A stretch of 63,687 nt of DNA, counting the filler, from Octopus bimaculoides (Eukaryota): NCBI RefSeq assembly GCF_001194135.2. It is 6 parts of 6 records of this genome, joined end to end, with 100 filler letters (N's around TTAATTAATTAA, not from the genome) between each part and the next. Parts side by side here need not be neighbours in the genome. Positions count along the whole stretch, not along the records: positions 1 to 25,120 come from NC_068992.1; positions 25,221 to 40,209 come from NC_068999.1; 4 more parts are not named here. One strand, 5' to 3'. Under the pieces are notes generated by a model, which saw only the letters and a program-made list of their open reading frames with translations, ran no database searches and had not been told where the DNA came from. Both the position numbers and the translations under genes were made by a program. Shown piece by piece: positions 13,495-26,249 of the stretch (position 1 is the stretch's first letter; every line of letters begins with the position of its first letter).

Positions 13495-13680
13495 AACCGA
13501 AAGTTCTACTGATGGTTGCTTCTGATAGGACCGTATAGAGGAAGTGCCTGAAGACTCTATCCAATGACGATCCCAGAAGAGTGGCGAAAACGGATGGATG
13601 CAGAGAACAATAATACATTTGTTTGTTGTAACTGTATCTACTGCAGTTCTCTACTCTGAACGGGATTGTGGAAAGTATAT
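13495..13680 (+). repeat. interspersed repeat (probable LINE 3' end), inverted homolog of 11375-11545
   Basis: See 11375-11545. Confidence 0.75.
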
Positions 13681-13849
13681 GTTTAGTAATGATATTAAAA
13701 AACATTTCTCTGAAGTATATGATGTAGAGTCGACAAGGTGGTAAAGAACTAAAGATAATGATTCCAATATTATTTCTTGTTTTTTGAAAGAATCCCTTTG
13801 ATATAAAAATAAAACTACTTGGGGATCAGCGCTATGAGTGAACTACTAA

Positions 13850-14260
13850 TATTTTTCGATCATACGATGGGTCCTCCACACTGCCAAAGACTTATATGTT
13901 TACTGCTATGAACACTGGTATTTTTCCTGAAGCTTAAAGTCCCCTACAATGGTTATAGACTTTTATTTCAATGTCTAAGAAACAACATCCCATTGGGCCT
14001 CATGCTTAATAACTTCAAAAATTAATTTTAACACAAATGGGCTTCCTGAGAAGTCAGACTTGGAATCGTAAATATTTGGACGTCCCTGGTAAAATTTCTG
14101 ATTAAGATATGTGGAAATACTGTTACGTAGCATCGATTTTAACTTGATTCCTTGCCTTGGAGTTACAACAGAAATACCCTTGAGAGTATCTACAGCACAG
14201 ACAGTAAAACCTTGATTTAATCGCTGCATGTGAAGTCGCTGATGATGTGCTGAAACGAAG
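13850..14260 (-). mobile_element. piggyBac-like transposase relic
   Basis: ORF 13975-14229 contains GIKLKSMLRNSISTYLNQKFYQGR...SGSPFVLKLI. This aligns gap-free to the piggyBac core GIKILMMCDSGTKYMINGMPYLGR...LGEYYVKEL (G,I,K,M,N,Y,G,R shared, reference recalled from memory). Stop codons follow. Confidence 0.5.
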
Positions 14261-15483
14261 TAATTAACTGGGCATTGAAGAAGAATTTAAGTTAATATAT
14301 GAGACTATAATTTAATAAGAACAAAATGTAGATATTGTGTTTCCGGATGAAATTGCTGATCCGTACATATTGATATAAACTGCAAGGAGCTACATATAAA
14401 CCTCTGTATTTGCAACACTATATCAACGCGAATGGTTTTCGGAGGAATTCGCTATTATAAACATGCTGAAAAGACAAATGGTAACATTAAAATGGAAGGT
14501 AATTGGAGACATTGCAAAAGCGGTAGATCTTAATGTTCTCTCCAAGTTCTGTGGATTTGAAAAAATATGACAGACTTCGAACGAAAATGAAGGCATTTCA
14601 CGCATCATAGTCACTGAAATATAAAACTGATTAGTAAAATACACTCGACTGCATAAAGGAAAATAACGTTCATATTCTCTTCCAGATTATGCAGGAGTTC
14701 CTTAAAATTTATGCGTCATTTCCTGTAAAATTAATAACACTCAACCACGTCTTACCCTAGCTCAGATTAGTTAAATATAAACTTCTTGTACCATATACAG
14801 AAGAGAGTCAGAGAGAGATTCTTCACTCTCCTCCTCTTTAGTATGGAGATATAAATTGCTGATAAACCAAGAAGTGTTTATCATTTTCAAAGATATTATC
14901 AACAGGAGACTGCTATTACGATTTATTAAAGTATATTGGCTTCCTTATTCATCGCTATGCATATCAATGTGCACCATTAAGAATATAATTATTACTGCCA
15001 TGGTTTCCCGAAAGGGGCCGATTTTTCTTATTGATACGTAAGATTTAGCACAGTCATTTTATACAACACACAGTCTCCCTCTCTGTAATTTGTAACTTCG
15101 TTTTATCTGATAGTTAAATGTATATATGTGTGTGTGTTTGCATGTATGTCGACATGTGAATGTGTACATATATGTATGTATGTATGTAAGTATGTATGTA
15201 TGTATGTATGTATGTATGTATGTGTGTATGTATGTATGTAAGTATGTATGTATGTATGTATGTGTGTATGTATGCGCATGGTAATGTACTGTAATTCATA
15301 TGAAGCTCCTCATAACTAAACTGAACAATAATCCTTAATAAATGTCAAGACATTTCAACATTTTCGTTTTAAAAAATTTTGCAATAAATTACATAAATTT
15401 ATAGAACAACAATTATTTCCTTTAATCAAACATAGGTACTCTAATGACTGAAAGTAATTAAAGATAAAAGATAAGACATGTGC

Positions 15484-15544
<61 letters not shown>

Positions 15545-15545
<1 letters not shown>

Positions 15546-15845
15546 GCGTCTGGTGTGTGGCAAGGAGCTTGCTTCCCAAACATGGTTTCGGGTTCAGTCC
15601 CACAGCGGGCCGACCAAAGTCTTGTAAGTGGATTTGGTAGACGGAAACTGAAAGAAGCGAGCGTTTTTATGTTACTGTTTGTCTCCCACCATCGTTCGAC
15701 AAATGTTATATGTGTTTATATCCCTGTAATTCACCGGTTTAGCAAAATAGACCGACAGGATAAGTATCAGGTTTTTAAAAATAAGTACTGGTGTCAATTC
15801 AGTCGATTAAAAATTCTTTGAGGCGGTTACCCACCATGACTGGAA
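15545..15845 (+). mobile_element. SINE family B, internally deleted
   Basis: gggttcagtccca...gtggatttggtagacggaaactgaaagaagc...taagtact...gtcgat. Confidence 0.8.
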
Positions 15846-16241
15846 GGAGGAAAAGATAAAAGTTAAAAGATAAAATACTTTATTGAGACATGAGAATAAA
15901 TAACAAATGATTTCAACATATTTTTTCCTGCGTGTATGTTGAGAAGAATGGATAATATCAAGGTGCAAGATTTCTTCATAACTGACGTGGCGTTAAAGTA
16001 AAAAGGGACAGGCTTATTATATTGAGATAAGAAAACAGTGCGTACTGTTCCGTTAATGCTATGTCAGATTTGAAAAATCCTTCAATTGAGAGATGATCTC
16101 ACTTTCGCACGTGGAGCACGTCAGAGTTGTCATTTGGTAATAATGCTAAAACCTATAGCGGTGGAAGTAATGTTAACAAATCAAGAAATTTTTATGGTAT
16201 GGTATTTCACATTCTGGCATTTGTCATTCTCCCTCTGCACG

Positions 16242-16288
<47 letters not shown>

Positions 16289-16767
16289 NNNNNNNNNNNN
16301 NNNNNNNNNNNNNNNNNNNNNNNNNNNNNNNNNNNNNNNNNNNNNNNNNNNNNNNNNNNNNNNNNNNNNNNNNNNNNNNNNNNNNNNNNNNNNNNNNNNN
16401 NNNNNNNNNNNNNNNNNNNNNNNNNNNNNNNNNNNNNNNNNNNNNNNNNNNNNNNNNNNNNNNNNNNNNNNNNNNNNNNNNNNNNNNNNNNNNNNNNNNN
16501 NNNNNNNNNNNNNNNNNNNNNNNNNNNNNNNNNNNNNNNNNNNNNNNNNNNNNNNNNNNNNNNNNNNNNNNNNNNNNNNNNNNNNNNNNNNNNNNNNNNN
16601 NNNNNNNNNNNNNNNNNNNNNNNNNNNNNNNNNNNNNNNNNNNNNNNNNNNNNNNNNNNNNNNNNNNNNNNNNNNNNNNNNNNNNNNNNNNNNNNNNNNN
16701 NNNNNNNNNNNNNNNNNNNNNNNNNNNNNNNNNNNNNNNNNNNNNNNNNNNNNNNNNNNNNNNNNNN

Positions 16768-16803
<36 letters not shown>

Positions 16804-17151
16804 GTGTATGTATGTGTGTGTGTATGTGTCTGTGTGCATCTATTTATATGGTATTGGGGAGCTTTTTGTGGAAAATCTCAAGAGTATCTCTCAACTGAAT
16901 GTGATAGCGTTATATGGACGTTCGCGCGTATGCCTATATTTATGTGTTTCATTGCTAGAATATTTCATATTGATTATAGACGATAAATTAGGAAACACGG
17001 ATACATGAAATATGATACAATTCCTCATGATGAGTAGGAAAATCAGTGACGCTCTTGGTGAGTTAATATCAGAGCCGTGTAATAATAGTTGATATCAATA
17101 GCTGTTGTTTTTTTGGTGATTGATTGATTTCTTTATTTATGCTTTACACCA

Positions 17152-17512
17152 AATAGCTGAAATCTCCACTTCTGAATTTTGCAAACCATCTTCTGCAAGT
17201 TTTTTCATTCAAGCATTCTTTCCCATAAAATAAGTGTACGTTTCGAGTCGCTTCGGCTGCATACTTTCCTTGTTTTTTGTACTCATAAAGCATTATGTGC
17301 CTGAAATGCTCTTTGGATAGTTCCATGTTAGAAAGGGTTTTAATCAAGGACATTTTAATTGTATTAATCTGTAAAATAATATTTAATTAGTTTAAATGTA
17401 CACAAATGCATAAAAATAATTCTTAATTTCATTAGACATTCTAAAATTCTCTTAAATTTCATTCAATTTTCAAAAAGATAAAATCGGACAGAACTTATGG
17501 GATGACCTGATA
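17152..17512 (-). mobile_element. mariner 5' fragment (TIR + N-terminal HTH region)
   Basis: TIR tatcaggtcatcccataagttctgtccgatt on the minus strand. ORF MELSKEHFRHIMLYEYKKQGKYAAEATRNV...EKTCRRWFAKFRSGDFS is a typical mariner N-terminus. Confidence 0.92.
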
Positions 17513-18340
17513 CTTATTCGAAATTTACGGCTGTAAAATTTTATTGAGAATTTCTAGAATAAGCAGTTTTGGTATCGGCTGCATTGAAGAGATCATTGTA
17601 GAACTTAATATGGCGAAAATAATTCGAAAAGATAACATGAAGTGTTTTTTTCGCTAATAATTCTTAATAAGTTTCAAAATCTATACTTCTTGACAGAAAT
17701 GTTTTCATAGTCCATTATCATTTATAATGGCTACTAGTGGACATTAAAATATAGCAATTATATTTAGATAAAAAGAATGCAACAACAATGGAAAACGAAG
17801 GGTACTTGTTTATTTAGAGATCAAAATTAATTTGCTGTAACGGATATGTGTGTATGTATATATATATATAGATATACAAAAATATACACACAGAAAAATA
17901 CACACACATATGTCCATACATACACTTAAAAATATGTTTATTGTATTATGAAGGAAGAAGAAAGAATATTAACAGATTCTATATGAAGGAATATTGTAAA
18001 GTGACTTCGAGAATTTAATTTCTTTGAAGTGCATCCTCTTCTTCTCTGTTATTTAGAAGATAATGGTCTGCTGTTACGATATATGAGAAGAAAAATTATC
18101 TCTACTGAAAAATCCGATTAAGTTATTTTTAAACGATACATTTTTTATATATCTCACACATACATTCTTCTAAAAATATATATGTACACACACGGATATA
18201 TAAATACATTCACACTAATCTAACCCACGTATGTGCTTGTGTGCGTGAATATGTGTAAGCGTGCATATGGATATTTATTGTATATACATCATCAAATATA
18301 TATACATATATATATATATTTATATACATATATATATATT

Positions 18341-18408
<68 letters not shown>

Positions 18409-19119
18409 NNNNNNNNNNNNNNNNNNNNNNNNNNNNNNNNNNNNNNNNNNNNNNNNNNNNNNNNNNNNNNNNNNNNNNNNNNNNNNNNNNNNNNNNNNNN
18501 NNNNNNNNNNNNNNNNNNNNNNNNNNNNNNNNNNNNNNNNNNNNNNNNNNNNNNNNNNNNNNNNNNNNNNNNNNNNNNNNNNNNNNNNNNNNNNNNNNNN
18601 NNNNNNNNNNNNNNNNNNNNNNNNNNNNNNNNNNNNNNNNNNNNNNNNNNNNNNNNNNNNNNNNNNNNNNNNNNNNNNNNNNNNNNNNNNNNNNNNNNNN
18701 NNNNNNNNNNNNNNNNNNNNNNNNNNNNNNNNNNNNNNNACACACACATGCATATAATTTTATAGTAATATGATATATTTATAATGTGTATGTATACAAG
18801 TAGGTCTGTGTGCTGCGTGGGCAGTATAAATGTTTTCCTACAAAACGCTGTTTGTTATCGTTACTATAATGTCGGAATGGAAGGATTCATTCAATTTAAC
18901 GAAGCCGATGTGCTGTGGGTAACAATGGCGTACCATCTAATTACCAGTCGTCTAAACTTAAGAAATGCATCCTGGAGAGGAATATATATAAGCCCAGTTT
19001 GCGAACCTACGAATAAAATTATGTTTATGTGTGTGTATTTCTTTTGTCTTTCTGGAGAAGAACTGCAGCATGTGGTTTTGTTGTTATGATTAGATATATT
19101 TCTTATAGGATGACACTAG

Positions 19120-19260
19120 CTGTAAAGATTCACATCAATAACTACGGGGTTTCGGGTTCGATTCTAATATACAGCAATTGAGGTAAATATCTTGTATCGT
19201 TACTACAGGTGAAACATACTTTCTGAGTTAATTTTGGTAGCCAAATGTAAACAAGACAAC
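19120..19260 (+). mobile_element. degenerate tRNA-derived SINE (family B-like)
   Basis: gggttcgattc B-box followed by a weak match to the family B body (ttttggtag...). Confidence 0.4.
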
Positions 19261-19672
19261 GCGGTTGGCCTAATGATGAGTGGAAACCTGCAAAGACATG
19301 CACGCGCATACACACGAAGACAAATATCTAATAACCCGTCATATGTAGAGCAAAGAGAAAGTCCTGAGCCGATGACTTGGATATCTGTTCTTAATATGTT
19401 CCAAAAGTTTCCAATATCAATATGCTAATAGTTGTTTCCTTCACAGGAGAGGCGCGTCTACTACCTGATGAATGCGTTTTCATCACGCATTGGGTTCATT
19501 AACAAAAAGAATTCTGGAGAGCCACTGTTTCGACATCATTGTGTCTCGGCAGCCAAAGCCACTACAGACCAATATATATATATGAGCTCGACGATCTTGC
19601 TTTTAACTTGCTTGTTTGCTGAAGTTATAAAATGGACATCGAACTCTTCTCAAAATCGATAGTCGGAAGTGC

Positions 19673-19720
19673 CTTTCGCTGATGAGACACAACGATTTCG
19701 AAACAATAGCTGTTTCAAAG
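19673..19720 (+). ncRNA. degenerate type I hammerhead-ribozyme-like motif
   Basis: ctttcg-CTGATGA-ga(cacaacgatt)tc-GAAAC-aatagct-GTT-tcaaag. Core and GUU site are intact; stem II is only 2 bp and stem I has a mismatch. Confidence 0.4.
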
Positions 19721-20928
19721 TCCCTTGCGCCAAGAAATCGAGTGTCTTGCGAATTGTGAACACACCTTCGTTGCGAAGGAGAAGTTGTTTTCCTGTGACA
19801 AAAACAACAACAACAACAAAAAACACATCACCGATTATCAGGTTCACGTTTAAATCTGTTGTAACGCAATAAGTATAAATATACTCATAGCATAACTCAT
19901 AGAATATGTATATAACGCATGTCTCCATCTCCAGTCGACTTACCAATGGATTTAAGTAACCACGCAAGATATCTAAATGGACCTTGTCGCTCCGACATAC
20001 GAACATGATGATTCATACTTGAAGAAGTAACGTATCTGTGTTGCAGGTGAATATCATAAGACAGTAATTAGTCTCGTCTGTACTATTAATATTACAATAA
20101 CCATTCATTGCCGCTACTAGCATTAGTAATACTGTTAAATTCACGCACCTTGTGAGTATTGGGAATTACAGCAACAGGACAACGGTTACCAGGTAATTAA
20201 GAGTCAAACCCTAAATCGTTTGTTAGCGATAGATATGGTTGTAATCTCTGCTGCTTGGAATTGTTAGAGTTCTTTACATTTGAGGTTATTAATAGATCAG
20301 ACGAACTAAGGAGCAAACGCCCGCATTCCATACCAAAGAATTTTATAATTAAATCGAATCTATAGTTCTTACCTGAACTGTATATTTAAAGGCCTACGCA
20401 ATAGATCTTAATCAACTGTAATAAGATTCTTTAAATAACTTTATATAGCATATTGAAACTACCTTTGTTGATCAAATAGCGGATACTGTTGACTATAATA
20501 TTATTTTTATATTATCTATAACTTGAATTTAATTTTAGCATTGGTATATCTTTTTAATAATTGTATCATTCATCGTAATCATAGCAATAAACAATTCTTT
20601 GGTGTTATAATTCTATATACTTTCTTGTTACTGATTAGTGTTATAACCTCTAATAACCCTTATCGTTTTAATAAACTATTTTAACACTTCGTTATTTACC
20701 GCTTCCGCCCATATTTTAAATCATTGGAAAATGTGTTGCTATAATCGTTAGATTAAAGTATTATGACTGATTTATCGGTTCTGCTTTTCTTTCTCAAGTA
20801 AGGTCTGACCTTATAACTATACGTTTCGTTATCCTACATACATATGTATATTCATAAGTTCATAGGTTTATACATTTATTAATTTATAACTTTGAGATTG
20901 CACACATTTTATTATTTCAATACCGTAT

Positions 20929-20959
<31 letters not shown>

Positions 20960-21387
20960 TTCATGTATTTATTGATGCCGATCTGTCTTCCAGACACCGT
21001 GTGAACAAATTTACTTCATTTTTCCTCTCTATTCTTCCTCTATTTTCCCACCTCTATTTTTGTTTTTCATGTCTTGTTTTTATCATCGTAACATCATTTT
21101 TATTTGTCTGTTCTCTTATTCTTTTTCGTTTTAAATCCTATACTTCACCCCTCCAAATTTATCACGATACACCGAGTGAATGAACAACTAATGTTAACTT
21201 TAAAATACTACAATAAATCTTTTATTTGTAGGGCAATGTCGGCCATTACTTTCAGCTTGTCTCGATAAGGTCAAATGTTTTGCTTAGCACCTACTATCTG
21301 CTCTATTCAAATAAATTCTGCTGGCTTTGTAGACGAATTTGCTAAGGTTTAACGACATTTTAAGATATTAATGCCTATAGCTATCTT

Positions 21388-21840
21388 TACATCAGGTCGT
21401 TAAGAATGAAATGTCCGAGTTTAAACTGAAAGTTTATTTTACTCTATCTCAACACAAAGCAATGCAGTTAATGCAGTTTGCACATAAGTTATCAACTCAA
21501 TTTTGCCATTTCATCGGTAGCTTATTTATGCCGGCAGCGAAGAATTCCAGAGAGCAAGAGTTGATGAAATCACGAAAGGCTGCTTTTGCATATTCTTCAG
21601 ATCTGACGTTTTTTTTCCTTGGAAAACGTTTTCTAATGCCTGGAAAACATGATAGTCAGTTGGTGCAAGGTATGGTGAATATGATGGCTGACAAAGTACT
21701 TCCAAGTTCAGTCCATGTAACTTAAATAGCGTTCTTTGTGCAACATGTGGTCGAGCATTGTCTTGCAAGAGAATTATCCTGTCTCTATTGACCAAACTGG
21801 ATTGTTTAATTTTAACTTCACTCATCATTTCATCCACTTA
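21388..21840 (-). mobile_element. mariner 3' fragment (catalytic C-terminus + TIR)
   Basis: IILLQDNARPHVA...YSPYLAPTDYHVFQALEN, then (other frame) AAFRDFINSCSLEFFAAGINKLPMKWQNCVD. TIR-like tacatcaggtcgttaagaatgaaatgtccg at ~21388. Confidence 0.92.
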
Positions 21841-22105
21841 GTTGATGTATCCATCCACTGTAATTGACTTAACAGGTCTCATGAATTCAATATAGATTCA
21901 TCCTATTTTTTAAAAAAATCAACGAAAACGTGCAATTGAAAAATGGAAAATAAGATGAATCTATATTGAATTCATTCGTTTTGCTTATTTTGTTCATTGC
22001 ATATCTAAGACCGTTATTTGAAACGACCAATGAAACAGATCCATGTTTTTTTAAATTTATATTAGTTTTGATTGCATCGTCATTTCTCTCCAATTTCTAA
22101 CAAAA

Positions 22106-22143
22106 CTGTCCGATGAACGGGAACGTGAAACTCTGAGTAACAG
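22106..22143 (+). ncRNA. minimal type I hammerhead-ribozyme-like motif (U4C variant)
   Basis: CTGT-CCGATGA-ACG(GGAA)CGT-GAA-ACTC(T)GAGT-A-ACAG: 4-bp stem I, 3-bp stem II with tetraloop, near-palindromic stem III, GUA cleavage triplet. Confidence 0.55.
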
Positions 22144-23039
22144 CTTTTTGTTATATTTCTGCTGCTTTTAAATAAGATATATATATATATATATATATNN
22201 NNNNNNNNNNNNNNNNNNNNNNNNNNNNNNNNNNNNNNNNNNNNNNNNNNNNNNNNNNNNNNNNNNNNNNNNNNNNNNNNNNNNNNNNNNNNNNNNNNNN
22301 NNNNNNNNNNNNNNNNNNNNNNNNNNNNNNNNNNNNNNNNNNNNNNNNNNNNNATATGGGGAGGGGTGTACAATGCCTTTGAGGATATTTAAGTGTCAGA
22401 CAAAATTTAAACTGTCAGTTTTAAATTTTAATCATAAGAATTCTCATTATAATTTCGAGTTAATCTCAAATGGTTTCCTTATAGGTGTTATAACATTTCC
22501 AGTATCGCAAAATAATAGAACGCAGTAAATATAGATTGAAAACCTAATATTAAAATATTGCAAATTGGTCAGTGTACTTATCAGTCATTAGGCGATAATA
22601 GTTTTAAAAATTATTATTTTGACATTCTGTGCTTCAAGAAAAATAAAGTAATAAAAAATGTATCAAAGTATATTTATTACTGTTTATCGGAAGTTTTCGA
22701 GTAGTTTTTTTCAGTCAAAACGAACAAATAATACAAAAAAATAACCCAAACATGTCTTCACCTACTTGAATATAGTCGCAGGTATAGGGAGAATTCTATA
22801 GCTAGCTCATCGACATACACGATATATACGAATAAATATTTGTTAATGACGTATATTGTGATTATTCACGCATGTTATATCTGCAGAGTTAAATGTCCAT
22901 TGATAATAGCTTTTAAATGTTTATCCAGAACATTAGTAATTTAAGAGAATTTGACAAATATTAATTAAGAAGGGAGCTTAAATAATTGAGTTGGACATTA
23001 CAAAAAACATAATTACACTGCATGTATAACATACAGAGA

Positions 23040-23165
23040 GTGGCGTGAATGTCTGGTAAGAAGCTTGCTTCACAACCACATGCCGCCGAGTTAGACAAGT
23101 GTTTTTTGCTACAGACTCAGGCCGACTTGTGAGGGGATTCGCTCGGTGGAAAGAAGTCCGTCATA
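23040..23165 (+). mobile_element. SINE family B 5' fragment
   Basis: ggtaagaagcttgcttcacaaccacatg...gccgacttgtgaggggattcg...agaagtccgtc. Confidence 0.65.
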
Positions 23166-23175
23166 CATATATATA

Positions 23176-23390
23176 TACGAAGTGGTGCTGAAAAGTCCCT
23201 GGCTTTGCGTATAAAAATATAAATGAAGATCATTTAGTTATGATGTTATTCAACAAATTTCCTCTTACTTTCACACGCTTATTGCAGCAGTGCTCCAGTT
23301 TTTCTAAGCACCGTAGAAGATCTCTGCAAGTTTCGCCTCCATCCAAACTTTTCGTGACACCCTTCAAATCAGATACTTTTCAGCACCGTC
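23176..23390 (-). mobile_element. mariner-type MITE, same family as 9013-9222
   Basis: tacgaagtggtgctgaaaagtccctgg...acttttcagcacc TIRs. The internal ttttctaagcac/ttattgcag segment is the reverse complement of the 9013 copy's interior. Confidence 0.7.
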
Positions 23391-23693
23391 TGAATGCATA
23401 TAACAAACGAGAGACATAAAAGGGAATTCATGCGTTTCTTTACTAATCATTACGATTGGTTCAACCCATATTGAATCGGTCTTTTGCGGATGTGATTCTG
23501 GAGAACTAGTTCCGGTGCATCATTTGGTGCATCAGGTGAATTTTCCAAAAAGCACCTCACTCAATACACTCGGTTTCGCTTAGGTCGATTGTAATGTGTT
23601 TTGTTATCTGCCTGTAGTTGATTATGTACAAGCGATATCGTATGTAGATAGATAAATAGATACATAGGTAGCTAGAAATATATATGTGTGTAT

Positions 23694-23749
<56 letters not shown>

Positions 23750-24275
23750 NNNNNNNNNNNNNNNNNNNNNNNNNNNNNNNNNNNNNNNNNNNNNNNNNNN
23801 NNNNNNNNNNNNNNNNNNNNNNNNNNNNNNNNNNNNNNNNNNNNNNNNNNNNNNNNNNNNNNNNNNNNNNNNNNNNNNNNNNNNNNNNNNNNNNNNNNNN
23901 NNNNNNNNNNNNNNNNNNNNNNNNNNNNNNNNNNNNNNNNNNNNNNNNNNNNNNNNNNNNNNNNNNNNNNNNNNNNNNNNNNNNNNNNNNNNNNNNNNNN
24001 NNNNNNNNNNNNNNNNNNNNNNNNNNNNNNNNNNNNNNNNNNNNNNNNNNNNNNNNNNNNNNNNNNNNNNNNNNNNNNNNNNNNNNNNNNNNNNNNNNNN
24101 NNNNNNNNNNNNNNNNNNNNNNNNNNNNNNNNNNNNNNNNNNNNNNNNNNNNNNNNNNNNNNNNNNNNNNNNNNNNNNNNNNNNNNNNNNNNNNNNNNNN
24201 NNNNNNNNNNNNNNNNNNNNNNNNNNNNNNNNNNNNNNNNNNNNNNNNNNNNNNNNNNNNNNNNNNNNNNNNNNN

Positions 24276-24320
<45 letters not shown>

Positions 24321-25249
24321 ATAACACATAAATATAAATATAAAAGATATATACATAAATACATATATATATAAATACAAAGATAAAATAGAATAAATAT
24401 CAAAATACATAGAGATAGATATAACACGTAAAAATTTATTTAAAACTCGTAAAATCAACTCAGTATATATTTATAAACTACAGAATGATGATACGAAGTA
24501 CACATTTATTGTAGGAAGGATTTCTACTTAAATGAAACACTTGTAAAACAGAATAAGCATAGGTTTCTGTCTTCTAACAACAAATTAAAATGTTTTTACA
24601 GAGAATTGAAAAGGATCACAAAAACATAAAGCCCGAAAATCACAAAATGTACTTGATATCACAAGCCCACAATATTTGGACTCGGACAAGTACTGTGCTG
24701 TGTATCATTTGGTACCAGGCCGAACCGAGGAAACAGATTTTGAAGTTTTAATTCTATTTTATTGATTATTGCAGTCTACAAAGTGTTTTTGCATTATATA
24801 TATTATATATGTAGTACATAGGTCTGATACTGGTAAATATCAATTTGTATTGTATGCATTTTATTGTTTCGTTAGTAGACTGATTTTCTGGCCAGTGCAA
24901 AAAAATTATTTTGCCTGAGAACTGTCTGTGGTGCGAAAAACATTTTCGAGCCGCTGCTTTAGATAACAAATTTAATACATAGATTGATTTGCAAGACCAA
25001 AATTGTTACAGTATATCTACGCCACTTGCATATTTTATGGCTATGCATTTAAAGAAACCAATTTTAAATGTATTATCACACTGCAGAAGACAAAAGAATA
25101 TATATATGTATATATATATANNNNNNNNNNNNNNNNNNNNNNNNNNNNNNNNNNNNNNNNNNNNTTAATTAATTAANNNNNNNNNNNNNNNNNNNNNNNN
25201 NNNNNNNNNNNNNNNNNNNNGGTATTGGTGGTCTTGTTAATGATGGTAA

Positions 25250-25363
25250 TAAAAATGATGATGAAGAAGAAGAGGAGCAGAGGGAGGAGAAGTTTAACGA
25301 CGACGATGATGATGATGATGATGATGATGATGACGATGATGAAGATGATGATGATTATGATGG

Positions 25364-25408
<45 letters not shown>

Positions 25409-25440
25409 GGATAATGATGATGATAATGATTACATGGTGG
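25250..25440. repeat. (GAT)n microsatellite
   Basis: Direct reading. Confidence 0.95.
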
Positions 25441-26249
25441 TGTCGAAAATGACGACGATGATAGCCTACCTTCCTACATGTAGCTCATTGTCTCATTGTT
25501 AATTAATTTAAATTCACTTCCTTTAGCTTTAACACCGACTCGAGTAACAGATTCAGCACGAACACTGTCTCACACCACAGTTCTCTTCTGTTCAGCATAA
25601 GTTGCTCCCAAACGCCATCAACAACAACAATTTCCATTACACAATCCTAGCAATGCCATCATGGTTTCTCTTCTATTCCCTTTCTAACTGCCTTTACTTA
25701 CCATCTGCGTCATTATCTCTCCGTTACTTACACAAATCTACATAATGATGCCTAATATTCTGTTGTATTTCATACAATTATTTCATTTCGATTGCTTATG
25801 TCTTGTCCATAGTAGGGTGTTAGTTTCGAATTTAGGGTCTCATCTCGCTGCAATTCCAGTGATTGCTTTTTGAAACTGGCCATACGTTAATCTAATCAAA
25901 ATATTTATTTTCCTTCTTGAAGTCATCATTACTCATGACAACTGTCAGTCTGCGAAAATGCTATTTTTATTTTAGTATTGTCAATTGGGGTTTGAACTCT
26001 GTTCATTGAACACCACCAACGATTGTTTACCATTTTTACAGTTACTACATTACAAACATTGCAGCTATGACGATGGAAGCATATATCTTAACGATATCAA
26101 TTATTGATGAAGCATACCATTCGCAGAAATTGTCTCATAACCGCTTTTACTGCTCCATTTGTTATTCCAGCGTTTCATGTTACTGTTGCTGTTCTTCTTA
26201 TTACTTTTATTCGATTTTCTTCTTTCAATTTTGTATCCACTTCTTACCG

